Positions 59,375-64,000 of a DNA stretch of 64,000 bases are shown here, piece by piece. The notes under the pieces were generated by a model. That model did not search any database and was not told the DNA's origin. It saw nothing but the letters and a program-made list of their open reading frames with translations. The stretch is from Bacilli bacterium (GTDB taxonomy: Bacteria; Bacillota_I; Bacilli_A; RF39; UBA660), in the NCBI GenBank assembly GCA_017432825.1, contig JAFRIJ010000003.1, positions 73,187-137,186 on the forward strand, in the 5' to 3' direction. Both the position numbers and the translations under genes were made by a program. Position 1 is the first letter of the stretch. Each line of letters starts with the position of its first letter.

Positions 59375-59961
59375 TTATGATATTCTTTTTTTCTTTCTAA
59401 TATTTTTTTTAAATCTCTTTTTGGTGTTTTTTCATCTTTTACTACTTTACTATATTTGGTTTTTTCTAAATTTATTTCTTTACTTTCGTTATATATTTTT
59501 AGTTTGTGATTTAATTCTTCATATTTATTTATAAATTTATTCTTTGTTTCTAATTTTTTATCATCTATAGATAATTTTATAGCGGTTATTATTACTGGCA
59601 TTGATAATACATCTAATGCTATTCCGATATATCCTAATGTATTATATGTTTTTAATAGTGGTACTGATGAACCTAACATTAATATTCCAGTTAGTTTTAT
59701 TATGTTTAATCCTTTTATTTTTTTATCTTTTGATTTGTAATACTCATTATATTTATCTTTGCTTATTATTAAGTATTCATTTAAATCATTATAATAGTTT
59801 TGCATTAGTAATTCTTTGTTTAAAGATGTTTTTGGTACTTCTAGTATGTATTTTTCTTTTTTATTTGTTCCGTAGCGAGATACTAAATAGAATCTTTTGT
59901 TTTCATCTATTTTTGCTATGGTTCCTTTTTTCCCGTAATATGGTAATGTATAATTCATCAT
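59371..59961 (-). CDS. Hypothetical membrane protein
   Basis: 196-aa ORF, two central TM segments, GAGGTGA RBS. Confidence 0.65.
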   Translation of the reverse strand: MMNYTLPYYGKKGTIAKIDENKRFYLVSRYGTNKKEKYILEVPKTSLNKELLMQNYYNDLNEYLIISKDKYNEYYKSKDKKIKGLNIIKLTGILMLGSSVPLLKTYNTLGYIGIALDVLSMPVIITAIKLSIDDKKLETKNKFINKYEELNHKLKIYNESKEINLEKTKYSKVVKDEKTPKRDLKKILERKKEYHN

Positions 59962-60007
59962 ATCACCTCTTTTCTTTGTTTAGAGTTGATATTTTAACAT
60001 ATTTTTT

Positions 60008-60679
60008 CTATTTTGGCAAGTTTTTATATAAATTAATTTTATATAACGTTTTTATTTTATATAATATATATTTTTTGGGTATTAATTTATATATTTTATT
60101 TAATTTAATTAAATCTTCTTTGTTTTTATCTTTAAATAATATACTATTTTCTTTTAATAAATATGGTCCAAAATATAATTGCTTTCTGTTATATATTTTA
60201 CGTCCTTTTTTAAATTGTATTATGGTATATATTATATTTTTATCTTTTATTAATTTTTCTTTTTCAATGTAATAACCTATTTTTGTTATTTTTTTTCTTA
60301 AAAAATCTATATCATTATTACTTTGTAATATTAAGTTATCTATATTTTTTAATTTTTTTATATTTTTATATAATATACCTACTATAGTATGTGATCCCAT
60401 TCCTGCTATAATAATTGTGTTTATATTAGTGGTATCTATATTATCTAATCCATTGGTATGAATTGTTTTAATTTTATTATCTAATTTATTTTTTTTAAAG
60501 TTTTTTATTGCATTATTAAGTGCTTCTTTATTTATTTCAGTTGCTGTTATATTTATATTATTTTTATTTTGCATTAAATAGATATCTAATAATCCATGGT
60601 CACAACCTATATCTAGTATGTTTGTATTATCTTCTATAAATTCTGAAATAGATTTTAATCTTTCTGATATTTTAATCAT
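60008..60679 (-). CDS. trmK: tRNA (adenine(22)-N1)-methyltransferase
   Basis: [20 protein letters not shown]; follows rpoD. Confidence 0.9.
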   Translation of the reverse strand: MIKISERLKSISEFIEDNTNILDIGCDHGLLDIYLMQNKNNINITATEINKEALNNAIKNFKKNKLDNKIKTIHTNGLDNIDTTNINTIIIAGMGSHTIVGILYKNIKKLKNIDNLILQSNNDIDFLRKKITKIGYYIEKEKLIKDKNIIYTIIQFKKGRKIYNRKQLYFGPYLLKENSILFKDKNKEDLIKLNKIYKLIPKKYILYKIKTLYKINLYKNLPK

Positions 60680-61769
60680 TTAAGAAATCCTTTAATTTTC
60701 TACTCCTTGATGGATGTCTTAGTTTTCTTAGAGCTTTTGCTTCTATTTGTCTTATTCTTTCTCTTGTTACTCCAAACATTTGTCCAACTTCTTCTAGAGT
60801 TTTACATGAACCATCATCTAATCCAAATCTTAATCTTAATACTTGTTCTTCTCTTTCCGTTAATGTTAGTAGTACATCACTTATTTCATCTTTTAACATT
60901 TCATGAATTGTGTATTCTTCTGGAGACATGCTTCTTTCATCTTTTACAAAGTCTCCTAAGTGTGAATCATCTTCTTCACCTATTGGTGTTTCTAATGATA
61001 CTGGATCTTGAGCTATTTTTATTACTTCTCTTATTTTATCAACTGGTATACCCATTTTTTTAGCAAGTTCTTCATCTGTTGGTTCACGGTTTAATTCTAG
61101 TGTTAATTGTCTTTGATATCTTGATAATTTATTTATTGTTTCTACCATATGTACTGGTACTCTTATAGTTCTTGCTTGATCTGCAATCGCTCTTGTTATA
61201 GCTTGTCTTATCCACCATGTTGCATATGTAGAGAATTTATATCCTTTATTTGCATCAAATTTTTCTACTGCTTTCATTAATCCAATATTACCTTCTTGAA
61301 TTAAGTCTAGAAAAAGCATTCCTCTTCCTACATATCTTTTTGCAATACTTACTACTAAACGTAGATTTGATTCTGCTAAAATATTTTTAGCTTCTTCATC
61401 ACCATCAGCAATACGTTCTGATAATGCTGTTTCTTCCTCTAATGATAGTAAGCTTATTCTACCTATTTCTTTTAAATACATTCTTACGGGGTCGTTTATG
61501 GATATTTCTTTTGCAATTGTGTTATCTTTTAATATATCTTCAATATCCCCACCTGCATCGTCTGGTTGTCCTCCTAATTCAGATTCATCATTTACTATTT
61601 CTATATTATTTTCTATTAAGGAATTGTATAATTCATCTAGGGAATCTGAATCTATTTCTAATCCTTTTAATCTATTAGCAAGTTCTTCATAAGTTATATA
61701 TCCTTTTTCTTTACCTTTTTCTAGTAATTCATTTTTTCTTTCTTCAAATGTTTTTATTTCTTCTATCAT
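60672..61769 (-). CDS. rpoD: Primary sigma factor SigA/RpoD
   Basis: [54 protein letters not shown]. Confidence 0.98.
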   Translation of the reverse strand: MIEEIKTFEERKNELLEKGKEKGYITYEELANRLKGLEIDSDSLDELYNSLIENNIEIVNDESELGGQPDDAGGDIEDILKDNTIAKEISINDPVRMYLKEIGRISLLSLEEETALSERIADGDEEAKNILAESNLRLVVSIAKRYVGRGMLFLDLIQEGNIGLMKAVEKFDANKGYKFSTYATWWIRQAITRAIADQARTIRVPVHMVETINKLSRYQRQLTLELNREPTDEELAKKMGIPVDKIREVIKIAQDPVSLETPIGEEDDSHLGDFVKDERSMSPEEYTIHEMLKDEISDVLLTLTEREEQVLRLRFGLDDGSCKTLEEVGQMFGVTRERIRQIEAKALRKLRHPSRSRKLKDFLND

Positions 61770-63499
61770 TTCATGGTCACTCCTTTTAATTTAGATATTT
61801 CCATTGATATTTTAGCTTGTTTCATTGGATCTTTTTCTGTACTTAATTCAATGTTTAATTTTTCTATTCTTTTATTTTGATATTCTTCATTTATACATTT
61901 AATATAGTCTTCTATTTCTTCTTCTGTATACTCTTTTTTTAAGTTTAGATTTAGTATTTCCATAAATGTATCTGCTACATCAGTTTTGGTATTTAAATAT
62001 GTGACAAAATCTGCAATAATTATATTATTATATTTATGATAATAATAAATTAATTCATTAAATAATCTTCTTTTTTTATCATCTAATATCATTATTACTT
62101 TTTTTTCTGATTTATCTATTATACTAGGCGCTACGGCCATATAGTATAACAAATTATTTGTAGCTTGTCCATACTTATTTAATAAGCTTTTTTCTTTTAT
62201 TTTTACTTCTTGCTTACTAGTTTTAGTGTTCTTCTTTGTTATTTCATTATATTTATCATATCTTTCTTTTAAAGTTTCATAATTTACATTAAATTTTTTT
62301 TCTAGTTGTTTTAATGTTAATTCGATAGTTATTTCATCTTTTTCTTTAATTAATTCTTTAATTAATTCATCTATATATTTACTAATATCTTTTGTGTCAT
62401 TTAGATTTTTATTTTCTTTTAGTGTTTGCATCTTAAAATCCATTACACTCATTGGATTATTTACTTTATTTATAAATGCTTCTTTTCCTCTTTTTATAAT
62501 AAATTCATCTGGATCTTTTTCTTCTAATCTTATTATTTTAATATTTATATTTTCATTTTCAAGTAATGGTATTGCTCTTTCAGTTGCTGTTTTTCCTGCT
62601 TCATCTCCGTCAAAACATAATATTATATTATTAGTTATTTTTTTTAATGTTCTTATTTGTTTTGTTGTTAGGGCTGTACCCATTGGGGCTACACAATTAT
62701 TTATTCCTACTGTACTTGCTCTTATTACATCAAAGTACCCTTCCATTATTATTATAGAATTATCTTTTGATAATTTGTTATGTGCTCTATGATAGTTATA
62801 TAATATATTACTCTTATCAAATATTTTAGTTGATTTGGTATTTATATATTTACTTCCATCTTTTGTTTGATATATTCTTCCTCCAAAACCTATTGGGTTA
62901 CCATTCAAATCGTGTATTGGAATCATTATTCTATCTGAAAATACATCTGTTTCATTCGTATTTGATAATCCTAAATCTATTAAATCATTTATATCATATT
63001 TATTTTCTAGAAATTTTGTTATTGGTTGTCTTGCTATTGATAAACCTATTTCAAATTTTTTTATTGTATCTCTATCTATTTTTCTGTTTTCTAAATATTT
63101 TATGGCGTTATTTCCTAATGTACTGTTTATATTATTTTGATAAAATTTAATTGCTAAGTTCATTATTTCATAATCTTTTATATGAGGGTTTACGTAATTT
63201 GATACATTTCCTATGTTATATCCATCTTCTTTTGCTAATAATCTTATTGCGTCTCCATAGTTTATATTTTCCATTCCTGCTATAAAGTTAAATATATTTC
63301 CTGCTTTGTGGCATGCAAAGCATTGAAACATATCTAATTTAGTTGATACACTCATAGATGCATTATTATCAGGATGAAATGGGCAAAGACCCCAATAATC
63401 TTCACCTTTTTTAGTTAAACTTACATATCTTTCAACTATTTCTTTTATAGGATGTTTTCTTCTTATTTCGTTAATTGTTGCATCATCTATATATGCCAC
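61766..63499 (-). CDS. dnaG: DNA primase
   Basis: CPFH..CFAC zinc finger, [26 protein letters not shown]. Confidence 0.97.
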   Translation of the reverse strand: MAYIDDATINEIRRKHPIKEIVERYVSLTKKGEDYWGLCPFHPDNNASMSVSTKLDMFQCFACHKAGNIFNFIAGMENINYGDAIRLLAKEDGYNIGNVSNYVNPHIKDYEIMNLAIKFYQNNINSTLGNNAIKYLENRKIDRDTIKKFEIGLSIARQPITKFLENKYDINDLIDLGLSNTNETDVFSDRIMIPIHDLNGNPIGFGGRIYQTKDGSKYINTKSTKIFDKSNILYNYHRAHNKLSKDNSIIIMEGYFDVIRASTVGINNCVAPMGTALTTKQIRTLKKITNNIILCFDGDEAGKTATERAIPLLENENINIKIIRLEEKDPDEFIIKRGKEAFINKVNNPMSVMDFKMQTLKENKNLNDTKDISKYIDELIKELIKEKDEITIELTLKQLEKKFNVNYETLKERYDKYNEITKKNTKTSKQEVKIKEKSLLNKYGQATNNLLYYMAVAPSIIDKSEKKVIMILDDKKRRLFNELIYYYHKYNNIIIADFVTYLNTKTDVADTFMEILNLNLKKEYTEEEIEDYIKCINEEYQNKRIEKLNIELSTEKDPMKQAKISMEISKLKGVTMK

Positions 63500-63565
63500 T
63501 TGTTATCACCCTCTAATAATAATATTCTACGTATAATTCGTATTTCCTTTTTTTTATTTAAATTT

Positions 63566-64000
63566 TTACTTTTTTGTTGTTAAAAACATAGCATCTCCAA
63601 AGGAAAAGAATCTGTAATTATTTTTAATTGCTTCATTATATGCATTAAATATTATTTCTTTACTACTGAATGCACTTACTAACATTATTAATGTTGATTT
63701 AGGTAAATGAAAATTTGTTATTAATCCATCTATTGCTTTATATTTATATCCTGGATATATAAATATATCTGTATTTCCACTGCAACCTTTAAATTCATTA
63801 TATTTTGTCATTATTGTTTCCAATGTTCTTGTTGTAGTTGTTCCTACTGCTATAATGTTTTTTCCTTCTTTTTTTGCTTTATTTAGTTCTTTAGCTACAT
63901 TTTCATCCATACTATAGTATTCTGAATGCATTTTGTGCTTAGTTACGTCTTCTACGTTTACTGGCCTAAATGTACCTAATCCTACATGTAATGTTATATA
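63566..64000 (-). CDS. queA: S-adenosylmethionine:tRNA ribosyltransferase-isomerase (5' part outside window)
   Basis: [41 protein letters not shown]. Confidence 0.95.
   Translation of the reverse strand, partial: YITLHVGLGTFRPVNVEDVTKHKMHSEYYSMDENVAKELNKAKKEGKNIIAVGTTTTRTLETIMTKYNEFKGCSGNTDIFIYPGYKYKAIDGLITNFHLPKSTLIMLVSAFSSKEIIFNAYNEAIKNNYRFFSFGDAMFLTTKK

Noticed and set aside
1036-63150. Numerous short antisense or overlapping ORFs in the track (e.g. 1036-1377, 30034-30333, 35935-36285, 42368-42742, 59601-60272, 62394-62792)
   Set aside because: Shadows of well-supported genes; F/L/I/S-rich translations with no RBS or motifs. The T-rich + strand inflates such ORFs.
1-64000. Genetic code 4 (TGA = Trp), suggested by the Mollicutes-like AT content
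   Set aside because: Long genes are intact under code 11, Trp is TGG, and priA ends at TGA at the expected position

Overview
64 kb of a very AT-rich, compact Bacillota (Firmicutes) chromosome using genetic code 11. Gene content suggests an RF39-like Bacilli lineage (inference): sigG, ylmC, spoVS, murD, mltG, ppdK and type IV prepilin-like proteins. Genes run on + from 1 to 34301 and almost all on - from 34341 to 64000. They converge on a ~740 bp AT-rich non-coding stretch that holds a Bacillus-type dif site (34943-34970), so the window appears to span the chromosome-dimer-resolution/terminus region. The most unusual signal is that synonymous-codon strand bias does not invert there. Plus-strand genes on both sides prefer T-ending codons, while minus-strand genes prefer A-ending codons, which conflicts with ordinary symmetric bidirectional replication. 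Other notable items: an ultrashort-Stem-I Asp T-box before aspS; a 1.3k-aa mosaic type IV pilin/adhesin; a 2.5 kb three-gene islet (NTP-transferase, Nudix, HAD) bounded by a duplicated ppdK 3' end; a Rel homologue with a degenerate synthetase domain; a PlsC/acyl-CoA ligase/PlsC operon; an atypical ClpX; a solo HerA; an ATT-initiated phosphoesterase; and small helicase and IS remnants. No rRNA, tRNA, CRISPR array or intact mobile element was seen.
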